Shown: in pieces, positions 7,851 to 16,944 of the stretch | Layout of the letters: the number at the start of each line of letters is the position of its first letter | Numbering within the stretch: the stretch's first letter is position 1 | Assembly (NCBI GenBank): GCA_963622435.1 | Contig: CAVFIY010000002.1 | Location: forward strand, 1 to 27,364 | Reading direction: 5' to 3' | Length of the DNA stretch: 27,364 nt | DNA from: Bacteroides uniformis | GTDB taxonomy: Bacteria; Bacteroidota; Bacteroidia; Bacteroidales; Paludibacteraceae | Program-made: the position numbers and the translations under genes | The notes under the pieces: generated by a model | Told to the model about the DNA's origin: nothing | The model's database searches: none | The model's input: only the letters and a program-made list of their open reading frames with translations

Positions 7851-7894
7851 GTTTTCCCTGTTCTTTCCCTGATGTTACCCTGATGTTAGCCTGT
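7851..7894 (+). repeat. 11-bp-period repeat; copy 1 of a dispersed repeat also present at 22315-22358
   Basis: GTTTTCCCTGTTCTTTCCCTGATGTTACCCTG (32 bp) is identical at 7851 and 22315. Confidence 0.9.
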
Positions 7895-7944
7895 TCTTGT
7901 CCTTCTTTTTGTACACATAAATTATTCCGAAAATTGACACTTTT

Positions 7945-10518
7945 ATGAAGCATACACTTTCATTCAAACACATTCTGCCGACAGTTATTATCCTGTTAAT
8001 CTTTGCATTAGCCTCGGCTGTTTATTTCTTTCCCGCCCTGCAAGGGAAAGTGATTTATGCGGGCGACAACATCAACGGTTCGGCGGCAGTGCAGGAGGGC
8101 GTTTCCTACCACAAAGCGACGGGCGATTACTCGTTCTGGACGGGGGCGATGTTCTGCGGTATGCCGAACTACCAGATAGGCGGGAACGGGGGCTATCTCA
8201 TTGAAAAAGTGTTCTTTCCAATTCGTTGGGTACTGTCATGGGGCAACCGCAACTGCTTCTTTATCTTCCTCTACTACCTCATTGCGTTCTTCTTACTGCT
8301 GCGGGCGTTCAAGGTCGAAAAGTGGTTCAGCATGGCAGGGGCATTTGCCATAGCCCTGTCGAGTTATTTCTTTGTCATCATCGCCGCCTCGCACAACGGA
8401 AAATGCTTCTCCATTACATGGATGACGCTGGTAATCATAGGATTTGTACTGACTTATCAGAAACAGTACGGGTGGGGTGCACTGCTGACAATGTTCTTTA
8501 CCTATCTCGGCTTTTTCAAGCACCCGCAGATGTCGTACTACATCTGTATGCTGATAGGCGTACTTTTCTTCGCCGAGTTGGCAATCGCCTGCAAATCAAA
8601 GGAATGGAAGCATTTCGGCATTGCCACGGCGGTGTTTATCGGCTCTTTTGTCATCGGCATGGGAATGGGTAGCGGGAGTATATTCTCCAACCAAGAGTAC
8701 GCCTCCGAGACTATGCGCGGCGGACACTCCGACCTTGTGAAGACGACCGATAACGAAAACAAAACCAAAGGATTAGACTTGGACTACGCCACGGCGTGGA
8801 GTTATGGAATCGACGAAACCATGACATTCCTTATCCCGAATTACATGGGTGGGGCAAGCGGATATGATTTGGGCAAAGACTCACAGTTAGAGAAAGACCT
8901 TCGCAAGTTGGGCGTTAGCGGTCGTCAGGCAAAACAGTTCTGTCAGTCTGCGCCGACTTACCGTGGAGAAAAAGCGTTCACGAGTGGCCCCGTGTACATG
9001 GGTGCTATTATCTGTTTCCTTTTTTTACTTGCACTCTTGTTGGTCGACGGGCCATACAAGTGGGCACTGTTGGCGGCGACACTTTTCTCTGTCACACTGT
9101 CGTGGGGGCATAACCTCATGCCGTGGACTGAACTGTTTTTCAACTACTTCCCTGCGTACAACAAGTTCCGTGCGGTAGAAAGTATTCTCATCGTGGCAGA
9201 GATAACCATGCCGCTGCTCGGGTTCTTGGCGTTGAAGACTATCGGCGACGGACAAGTATCGTGGAACAGAGTGCGCAACAGTATTTGTATCGCGGGAGGT
9301 GTTACGGGCGGTATCTGTCTGTTGGTTGCTCTGCTCGGGGGCAGTATCGATGTGTCGTCTTCCTATGATAATCAGTGGAAAAGCCAAGTCGGACAACAGA
9401 TTTACGAGGCTATTCTTGACCAACGGACGGCGATGCTGCAGGCGGACGCATGGCGGTCGTTGCTCTTTGTGGCGTTGGGCTGCGGTGTGGTATTCTTCTA
9501 CGCCTATCGTCGTTATAACCGACAGGAAAACAAGCACTTAACACTCTATACGGGCGTGGCGTTGACCGTATTGATTATAGCCGATATGTGGACGGTGGAC
9601 AAACGCTTCTGCAATGATAATCTGTTTGTTACGGTAAAAGACCGCGACAAAGCGTTTAAGATTAAGGGGTATGAAGAGGAACTGCTGAAAGACAAGAGTC
9701 ATTTCCGTGTACTGAACTTGGCAACGAACACTTTCAACGAGGCCCGCACGAGTTATTACCTCAAGTCTATCGGCGGTTATTCGGCGGCGAAACTGCGTCG
9801 TTATCAAGACCTTATCGATGTACATATTGCACATGAGATGCAGCCGCTCATGGAGGCAATCCGTGAGACTTACGGTTTCCAAACAGCGTGTGCGGCAGAC
9901 AGTCTGTTCCCCGTACTCAATATGCTCAACATGAAGTACGCCATTGTGCCTTTGCAGAATAGACAAGAGATACCGATTGAGAACCCGTATGCGATGGGCA
10001 ACTGCTGGTTTGTTGACAGTTTGTTAGTCGTAGAGACCGCAAACGAAGAGATTGCGGCACTTAATACTATCAATTTGCACACCACAGCCGTAGCGGATAA
10101 GACGATGGCAGCCGCACTCGATGTGCAAGTACCCGAAGTAGCACCGCTTATGGCATACCACGAGGACGACATTCAACTGACGCACTATGCGCCCAATCGG
10201 ATAGACTATCGTGCTGAAAATGAGCAGAATAAGATTGCGGTATTCTCCGAAATATACTACCCGTACGGGTGGAAACTCTACTTGACAGACAAAGACAATC
10301 GCCTCGATAAGGAACTGCCGCTGACGCGTGTGAACTACATGTTGCGCGGGGCGGTCATCCCCGCAGGGACACATACATTGGCGATGGTTTTCGACCCCGA
10401 AAGTGTACACAAAGGAAATATCCTTTCGATGATATGCCTTGCCGTCTTCTGCCTCACGCTCTGCGGCGTCGGAGTCTATAAAGTCCGCACGCTAAAGCAC
10501 AGAGAAACAGCGGAATAG
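7945..10518 (+). CDS. YfhO-family polytopic membrane protein (GT-C-like)
   Basis: 857 aa with many transmembrane segments. Motifs WTGAMFCGMPNYQI, WSYGIDETMTFLIPN, SIGGYSAAKLRRYQDLI, VFSEIYYP.GW. Confidence 0.85.
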   Translation: MKHTLSFKHILPTVIILLIFALASAVYFFPALQGKVIYAGDNINGSAAVQEGVSYHKATGDYSFWTGAMFCGMPNYQIGGNGGYLIEKVFFPIRWVLSWGNRNCFFIFLYYLIAFFLLLRAFKVEKWFSMAGAFAIALSSYFFVIIAASHNGKCFSITWMTLVIIGFVLTYQKQYGWGALLTMFFTYLGFFKHPQMSYYICMLIGVLFFAELAIACKSKEWKHFGIATAVFIGSFVIGMGMGSGSIFSNQEYASETMRGGHSDLVKTTDNENKTKGLDLDYATAWSYGIDETMTFLIPNYMGGASGYDLGKDSQLEKDLRKLGVSGRQAKQFCQSAPTYRGEKAFTSGPVYMGAIICFLFLLALLLVDGPYKWALLAATLFSVTLSWGHNLMPWTELFFNYFPAYNKFRAVESILIVAEITMPLLGFLALKTIGDGQVSWNRVRNSICIAGGVTGGICLLVALLGGSIDVSSSYDNQWKSQVGQQIYEAILDQRTAMLQADAWRSLLFVALGCGVVFFYAYRRYNRQENKHLTLYTGVALTVLIIADMWTVDKRFCNDNLFVTVKDRDKAFKIKGYEEELLKDKSHFRVLNLATNTFNEARTSYYLKSIGGYSAAKLRRYQDLIDVHIAHEMQPLMEAIRETYGFQTACAADSLFPVLNMLNMKYAIVPLQNRQEIPIENPYAMGNCWFVDSLLVVETANEEIAALNTINLHTTAVADKTMAAALDVQVPEVAPLMAYHEDDIQLTHYAPNRIDYRAENEQNKIAVFSEIYYPYGWKLYLTDKDNRLDKELPLTRVNYMLRGAVIPAGTHTLAMVFDPESVHKGNILSMICLAVFCLTLCGVGVYKVRTLKHRETAE

Positions 10519-10558
10519 AACAAACTGACGGTCTGCAAATCGCCCGCAACCGCAGCGT

Positions 10559-10614
10559 CTATCCTCATTGTATCCTCCCTACTTTTAATTATGAATTAAG
10601 AATTATGAATTAAG
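10559..10614 (+). repeat. 20-mer identical to 309-328, followed by an AATTAWG heptamer array
   Basis: CTATCCTCATTGTATCCTCC at 10559-10578. AATTATG AATTAAG AATTATG AATTAAG at 10587-10614. Confidence 0.88.
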
Positions 10615-10718
10615 AATGGGGATGATGTAATGGAATGATGGCTTTTGGCTAATTCGTTAGGAATGAGGATTTTAGGCAGGAACAAGAATTAAATCGGGAA
10701 AGTTTATCTACTTTTTGT

Positions 10719-10784
10719 AAAAATTGCGCACTATGCGCAACAACGACAGCCAAAACAGACTATCTTTGCAGCGGATTTCAGAAC
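10719..10784 (+). promoter_or_regulatory. Copy 2 of the 66-bp palindrome-plus-promoter repeat; no + strand gene downstream
   Basis: TTGCGCACTATGCGCAA at 10724-10740 and TATCTTTG at 10761-10768. Confidence 0.65.
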
Positions 10785-10908
10785 GATATAAAAAGTAGGG
10801 AAAGAGAGAGGGACACAAGATAATAGCAATTCTTTTTGTCTATACATATTTAGAAATTCTTCTTATGGTATAGACACAAGATAGTAGCAGTTCTCCTTAT
10901 ATATAATA

Positions 10909-11088
10909 CTAGATATTCTCTTTATCTGTGTGGTTGTGCAGGTTTTGTTCTTTGCGGCATGAGTCGGAGAGGGGGCAATCCTTACAACCGCCCTCACAGC
11001 GTTGATGCCGTTGCCGATAGACCGAGTAGGCGATACCCGCCACTGCGGCAAGCAACAGTACAATTACCAAAACCTTATCCCACCACAT
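10909..11088 (-). CDS. FeoB-associated Cys-rich small membrane protein
   Basis: MWWDKVLVIVLLLAAVAGIAYSVY (one TM segment), then CEGGCKDCPLSDSC. Directly downstream of feoB. ATG at 11088 preferred over TTG at 11094. Confidence 0.82.
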   Translation of the reverse strand: MWWDKVLVIVLLLAAVAGIAYSVYRQRHQRCEGGCKDCPLSDSCRKEQNLHNHTDKENI

Positions 11089-11091
11089 AGT

Positions 11092-11206
11092 CAATTTTTA
11101 ACGTGTAATTTGTAATTTGCAATTTGTAATTTGTAATTATGCTACTGATAATGTGTTATTTGCACTGGATGTCAATTACACATTAAACATTAAAAATTAC
11201 ACATTA
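11092..11206. repeat. Two oppositely oriented TAATKTG heptamer arrays between feoB and the Cys-rich gene
   Basis: Seven TAATTTG-like units at 11092-11140 and five CAMATTA-like units at 11173-11206. Confidence 0.88.
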
Positions 11207-12901
11207 CCCCAGTATTAGCGTTCCGAGTTGATAGACTACAAAGGAGGCGAGCCACGCCACGACTATTGAGTTCACCACCGTGAATGTTGCCCATTGCCAG
11301 TTTATCTCACGGCGAATGGTCGCGATAGTCGCCACGCAAGGGAAGTACAGCAGCGTAAAGACCAGAAAGGCGTATGCGCCGACGGGCGTGAGTGCCGTAG
11401 CAGACAAGTCGCCGCCGAAGAGAATGGCAAAAGTCGCCGCAATCGCCTCTTTAGCAGGCAGACCCGTGAGCAGGCAGACCGACATCTTCCAGTCGAATCC
11501 GAGCGGCTGCATAACGGGCGCAATGAACTGACCTATAGAGGCTAACCACGAAGTTTCGATGTGGTCGAGGTCGCCCGCAGGGAAGTATTCCAACGCCCAA
11601 ATAATCACCGATGCGCACAGCACCACGGTCGAAATCTTCTTCAGAAAGTCCGATACACGGTACCAAATATGCCCCCCGATACTCTTCCAAGTGGGCAGTC
11701 GGAAGTCGGGCAACTCGTTCACCATATCGTCTGCCGTTTTGCGGAACCACTTGGTTTTCTTCATGATAAAGGCGAAGAGGAAACTGAGCAGAATACCTAA
11801 TAGGTAGAGCGACAGCAGCACCAATGCCTTGTAGTTCTCAAAGAACGCATCAATAAAGAGGATATACACCGGCAGTCGGGCGGAACAGGACATAAACGGC
11901 ACCATGAGCATCGTGAGCGCACGGTCTTTGGGGTCTTTGATATCTTTTGCCGCCATGATAGCAGGCACATTGCAGTCAAAGCCCATCAGCATAGGGATGA
12001 ACGAACGCCCGTGCAGCCCCAAACGGTGCATCATGCCGTCCATAAGGAACGCCACACGCGCCATGTACCCTGTGTCTTCCATCACCGAAAGGAAGAAAAA
12101 CAGAATGATGATGTTCGGCAGCGCGGTCAAGAGCGAGCCGACACCTTGGATAATACCATCGCCCAAGAGGCTGGCGAACCACCCCGAGGGCAGGTGTGCC
12201 ACGACGAGAGCGTAAAGGGCGTCAATGCCTTGTTGCAGAAGGTCTTGCAGCGGTTCGCCGAGTGTGAAAGTGCACTCAAAGACCACAAACAGGATAACGG
12301 CAAGGATAGGGAAGCCCGTCCATTTGCTCGTTAGAATCTTATCTATGCGCTCCAGACGGTCGCAGTGTATGTCGTCTTTCGGGTGAATCAGCGTCTGCAT
12401 CAGCACACCGTGCACATACCCCGCATACGCGTCTTCATCGTGTTGCTCCCAGGCGTGATAGACAGGGTGGTCGGTTACGGCGGGGGCAGCAGCCGTCTGC
12501 TCCAAGAGGTGCAGCACTTCGCCTATCCCTCGCCCCTGCCCTGCACTGACCAGTGCAAGCGGAACGCCCATCAAATCCTGCATCTTGGGCAGGTCAATGG
12601 CGTGCTTGGTATGGAGGAGTTGGTCGTAACGATTGAGTGCGACAACGATTTTCTCCTGCTCGTCGATAATATGCGGGGTCAGCAGCAGGCTCTCCTCGAG
12701 GTGCATAGAATCGACCACTTGCAGCACCACGGCGTAAGTATGCCCGTGCAGGGCATCCAAGTCGTGTATCTCCTCAAAGACAAACGGTTTGCCCATCCAA
12801 GCGGCCTCTTGCCGCAAGGCTTCTATGAGCGCAGTCTTGCCGCTGTTGCGGCTGCCGACAACGGCTATCTGTAGTGTAGTATTGGGTGTATCCGAATTCA
12901 T
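11204..12901 (-). CDS. feoB: Ferrous iron transporter FeoB, shortened (degenerate G domain)
   Basis: Membrane-domain motifs EDTGYMARVAFLMD, GFDCNVPAIMA, PFMSCSARLPVY, LLYFPCVAT. N-terminal GSRNSGKT. Confidence 0.92.
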   Translation of the reverse strand: MNSDTPNTTLQIAVVGSRNSGKTALIEALRQEAAWMGKPFVFEEIHDLDALHGHTYAVVLQVVDSMHLEESLLLTPHIIDEQEKIVVALNRYDQLLHTKHAIDLPKMQDLMGVPLALVSAGQGRGIGEVLHLLEQTAAAPAVTDHPVYHAWEQHDEDAYAGYVHGVLMQTLIHPKDDIHCDRLERIDKILTSKWTGFPILAVILFVVFECTFTLGEPLQDLLQQGIDALYALVVAHLPSGWFASLLGDGIIQGVGSLLTALPNIIILFFFLSVMEDTGYMARVAFLMDGMMHRLGLHGRSFIPMLMGFDCNVPAIMAAKDIKDPKDRALTMLMVPFMSCSARLPVYILFIDAFFENYKALVLLSLYLLGILLSFLFAFIMKKTKWFRKTADDMVNELPDFRLPTWKSIGGHIWYRVSDFLKKISTVVLCASVIIWALEYFPAGDLDHIETSWLASIGQFIAPVMQPLGFDWKMSVCLLTGLPAKEAIAATFAILFGGDLSATALTPVGAYAFLVFTLLYFPCVATIATIRREINWQWATFTVVNSIVVAWLASFVVYQLGTLILG

Positions 12902-12927
12902 TGTACTATGCCATTCTAATCAGCCTG

Positions 12928-12972
12928 CAAAAGTACACCTTTCCTAGGGGATATGCAATACCTATTAATAGG
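12928..12972 (-). promoter_or_regulatory. Putative feoB promoter with adjacent palindrome
   Basis: On the - strand, ATTG-N20-TACTTTTG (-7 box at 12928-12935). Perfect palindrome CCTATTAATAGG at 12961-12972. Confidence 0.6.
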
Positions 12973-13010
12973 GATATAATGATGTACCACGAATAGCGTT
13001 CCCTGTATTT

Positions 13011-14342
13011 TTAGGGGAAAGCGGGGGCATAGTGCCACACGCCTGTGCGCATAAAGGTCGCCATACAGTCCATGAAATAGGCGCGGCGGGGTGCGAGTTC
13101 GGCGGCGGTAACATCGCCCATTATCCACGAGCCTATCCAAAACTCGTCCGTGCCGTCCAAGAGCAGCGGCAGTTCTGCACAGTGCGCCGCCTGCAGCGGG
13201 CTGCCTTCGGGCGCCCAGGTGAAGAGTTGGTAAGTCGCCTCAACGCCCTGACGCTCAAGGTATTGCACATAGCGTTTGGCAGGAGAGGTGAAGACCACGC
13301 GGGTCAGCAGAGGCCATAGTGCCTTGGGACCGAACATGCTGCCGTCGTCCTTCTGCGCGCAGACGACCACTTGGTGCGGCCACTGCACGCGGGCGCCATA
13401 CTTGGGCATCTGCGGCAGTGCCGTGGGCGAGAAAGGCAGCGAGTGCCATGCCTGCTTGTGGGTGCGCATATAGTGCAGTTGGGCGGCAAGCAGGGTGTCG
13501 GATGGGCAAGTCCACAGGTCGCAATCGGCGTGGCGGCGGACATAGCGGGTGCGTTGCTTACCCGTTGATGCAGAGGTGGTTAGCCCCATCGGCGCAGAGA
13601 ACACAACCGCCTTGTTGATGCGCACGCGAGCGGTGTCGGCGAGGCAATAGACCACACTCTGCGCCCCTGCGGATTGCCCCGCGAGGGTGATGTTCTCCGC
13701 ATTGCCGCCAAAGCGTGCGATGTTCTCGCTCACCCAGCGGAGGGCGGTCAGTTGGTCTTGCAAGCCAAGGTTTACAGACTGTGAATCAGGCTGATAGAAG
13801 TAGCCGAAGATGCCCAAACGGTAGGTGATTGTAACCGCCACCACCCGCTCCCGCAGGGCGAATTCCGCAAGTTGGGTCTGCGTACGCTCACCCCCGCCGG
13901 CGAAGTAATTCCCGCCGTGGATATAGACCAGCACGGGCAGGTCGGCTGTCGCTGCAGCGTCGAGCGGATAAGGGGAATTGACCGTCAGCACCAGGCACTG
14001 CTCCGTGCAGGGAGAGGGTTCGCCCTCCGTCAGCACCACATGCGATTCACCGAATTGGCGGGTGGAATCCGCCTGCTCCACACGCTGGTAGCAGACCGTT
14101 TTGTCCGAGATATAATCTCCGTTCGGGTCAATGCCGTCCACTAAAACGGGTGCACAGAATCGCTCGGCACGGGCGTACGGGACACCGTGGTAGATATACA
14201 CCGCCGCCGTATCGTTATACATTTTGAGGCAGTGGTCGAGCGTATCGCGACCTACCCGCCCGCTCTCGGGCAGGGCGCCTTGAGGCAGGGCGTAGAGTGC
14301 CACAGCCGCACTCGCCAAGAGGATAGTAAGAAGTCGTTTCAT
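13011..14342 (-). CDS. Secreted type-B carboxylesterase (alpha/beta hydrolase)
   Basis: Signal peptide. Motifs GVPYA, EQCLVL, YIHGG, NLGLQDQ..AL.WV..NI..FGG, nucleophile elbow GQSAG, and His in AAHCAEL. Confidence 0.9.
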   Translation of the reverse strand: MKRLLTILLASAAVALYALPQGALPESGRVGRDTLDHCLKMYNDTAAVYIYHGVPYARAERFCAPVLVDGIDPNGDYISDKTVCYQRVEQADSTRQFGESHVVLTEGEPSPCTEQCLVLTVNSPYPLDAAATADLPVLVYIHGGNYFAGGGERTQTQLAEFALRERVVAVTITYRLGIFGYFYQPDSQSVNLGLQDQLTALRWVSENIARFGGNAENITLAGQSAGAQSVVYCLADTARVRINKAVVFSAPMGLTTSASTGKQRTRYVRRHADCDLWTCPSDTLLAAQLHYMRTHKQAWHSLPFSPTALPQMPKYGARVQWPHQVVVCAQKDDGSMFGPKALWPLLTRVVFTSPAKRYVQYLERQGVEATYQLFTWAPEGSPLQAAHCAELPLLLDGTDEFWIGSWIMGDVTAAELAPRRAYFMDCMATFMRTGVWHYAPAFP

Positions 14343-14402
14343 AGGTTAATACTTAATAGGTTAGTACTTTGTTAGGGATACAGATGAGAGGTTTTTCGTG
14401 GA

Positions 14403-14444
14403 CAAAGGTAGGCATTTTTTCTGACATAGACAAGTCATAATGAC
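14403..14444 (-). promoter_or_regulatory. Putative carboxylesterase promoter with palindrome
   Basis: TACCTTTG on the - strand at 14403-14410. Palindrome GTCAT-A-ATGAC at 14434-14444. Confidence 0.6.
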
Positions 14445-14542
14445 CGAAGTTGCGAGGGCGAATAGATGTCGTTGTTTTGCAAAACGAAATGTACAAAATG
14501 GAAATAATTAGCGTTTCGTTTCTCCATATCTGAGAATTTGTG

Positions 14543-14550
14543 TACTTTTG
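14543..14550 (+). promoter_or_regulatory. Putative gap promoter -7 element
   Basis: TACTTTTG followed by CAG, about 135 bp before the gap ATG. Confidence 0.6.
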
Positions 14551-14579
14551 CAGTCCGAAAAGGGAAGGGCATCTTACAC

Positions 14580-15696
<1,117 letters not shown>

Positions 15697-15719
15697 TCCG
15701 TCGTGATACTACCATACTG

Positions 15720-15757
15720 AAAAAGCGGCAGGCTCTGCAAAGGGGCTGCCGCTTTTT
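15720..15757. terminator. Bidirectional intrinsic terminator between the convergent gap and murG genes
   Basis: AAAAAGCGGCAG ... CTGCCGCTTTTT, a 12-bp inverted repeat with A/T tails on both sides. Confidence 0.88.
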
Positions 15758-15796
15758 CGTGTGTGAGCGTGTGTGTTTGTTTGCTTGCGCCCGAGG

Positions 15797-16906
15797 TTAC
15801 GCCTCGTGGCGGGCAAGGCGGATGACCTCTTCGGCGATGCGACGGGCGGAGTCAGTCTGCGCCAGCGAGAGGATGTGCGTGTGCAGCGAGAGCAATTGCT
15901 CGGGGTCTGCGAGCAGGGACAGGACTGTCGGTATCAGCGTTGTGCCTGCCTCGGCGTCCCGCACCAGTACGGCTGCGTCCTTATTGACCAGTGCCATGGC
16001 GTTGTGCGTCTGGTGGTCTTCCGCCACATTGGGTGAGGGGACAAGCACTGCAGGCTTCCCCAGCAGACAGAGTTCGCTGATACTGCTTGCGCCTGCACGG
16101 GACACCACCAAGTCTGCCAGCGCATACGCATCGGGCATATTGCTCAGGAACGGTGTGATGACAGAACATTCCGTGGTCGCAGGCATCGTGAGGGTAACAC
16201 TCTCGAAGTACGCTTTCCCCGTCTGCCATACCACCTGTACGCCCGAGGCGAGCAAGTCGGGCAGTCCTGTCTTCATTGCCTCATTGATAGTGCGTGCGCC
16301 CAGACTGCCGCCGATGACGAGCAGCACGGGTTTCTCGGGATCGAACTCGACGCCGAACTCTTCTTTGAAGTAGGTCAGTGCGTGCGCTTTTGTCCCCGTG
16401 GTCAGGTTCTGCCGAACGGGATTGCCCGTTAGGATTATCTTCTCTGCGGGGAAGAAGCGCTCCATACCCTCGTAGGCGACGCATATCTTGGCGGCATCGT
16501 TGCGCAGCAGTTTGTTGGTCACACCCGCAAAGCCGTTCTGCTCCTGGAGCAGGATAGGAATTCCCATACGGGCGGCGACCTTCATTGCCGCACCGCTGGC
16601 GTAGCCTCCTACCCCCACCCCGACATCGGGGCGGAAGTCCCGAATTATCTTGCGGGCTTTGTACATCGAGCGCACGAGGTCGATAAGAACGGAGATGTTC
16701 TTCCATACCTGCTTGCGGTTGAAGCCTCGGATGGGCAGCCCTACAATCTTGTAGCCTGCCTGCGGGACGCGTTCCATTTCCATGCGCCCCTGCGCCCCGA
16801 CAAAGAGGATGTCCGCCTCGGGGTCTAATTCGCACAAGGCGTTGGCTATACTGACGGCGGGGAAGATATGCCCGCCTGTGCCACCACCGGAGATAAGATA
16901 TTTCAT
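15797..16906 (-). CDS. murG: Undecaprenyl-PP-MurNAc-pentapeptide GlcNAc transferase
   Basis: SGGGTGGHIFPA, GGYAS, EQN, TGNPVR, GGSLGA, SRAGA, HQTHNA. Confidence 0.97.
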   Translation of the reverse strand: MKYLISGGGTGGHIFPAVSIANALCELDPEADILFVGAQGRMEMERVPQAGYKIVGLPIRGFNRKQVWKNISVLIDLVRSMYKARKIIRDFRPDVGVGVGGYASGAAMKVAARMGIPILLQEQNGFAGVTNKLLRNDAAKICVAYEGMERFFPAEKIILTGNPVRQNLTTGTKAHALTYFKEEFGVEFDPEKPVLLVIGGSLGARTINEAMKTGLPDLLASGVQVVWQTGKAYFESVTLTMPATTECSVITPFLSNMPDAYALADLVVSRAGASSISELCLLGKPAVLVPSPNVAEDHQTHNAMALVNKDAAVLVRDAEAGTTLIPTVLSLLADPEQLLSLHTHILSLAQTDSARRIAEEVIRLARHEA

Positions 16907-16944
16907 AAGCCTAAAGTATTTACGCTGTTATACAACTGCTAGCG

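Noticed and set aside
10863..11063. 66-aa alternative-frame minus-strand ORF
   Set aside because: It overlaps the better-supported FeoB-associated Cys-rich gene in another frame.
12973..12990. Classical Fur box upstream of feoB
   Set aside because: There is only a partial ATAATGAT match, not enough to call.
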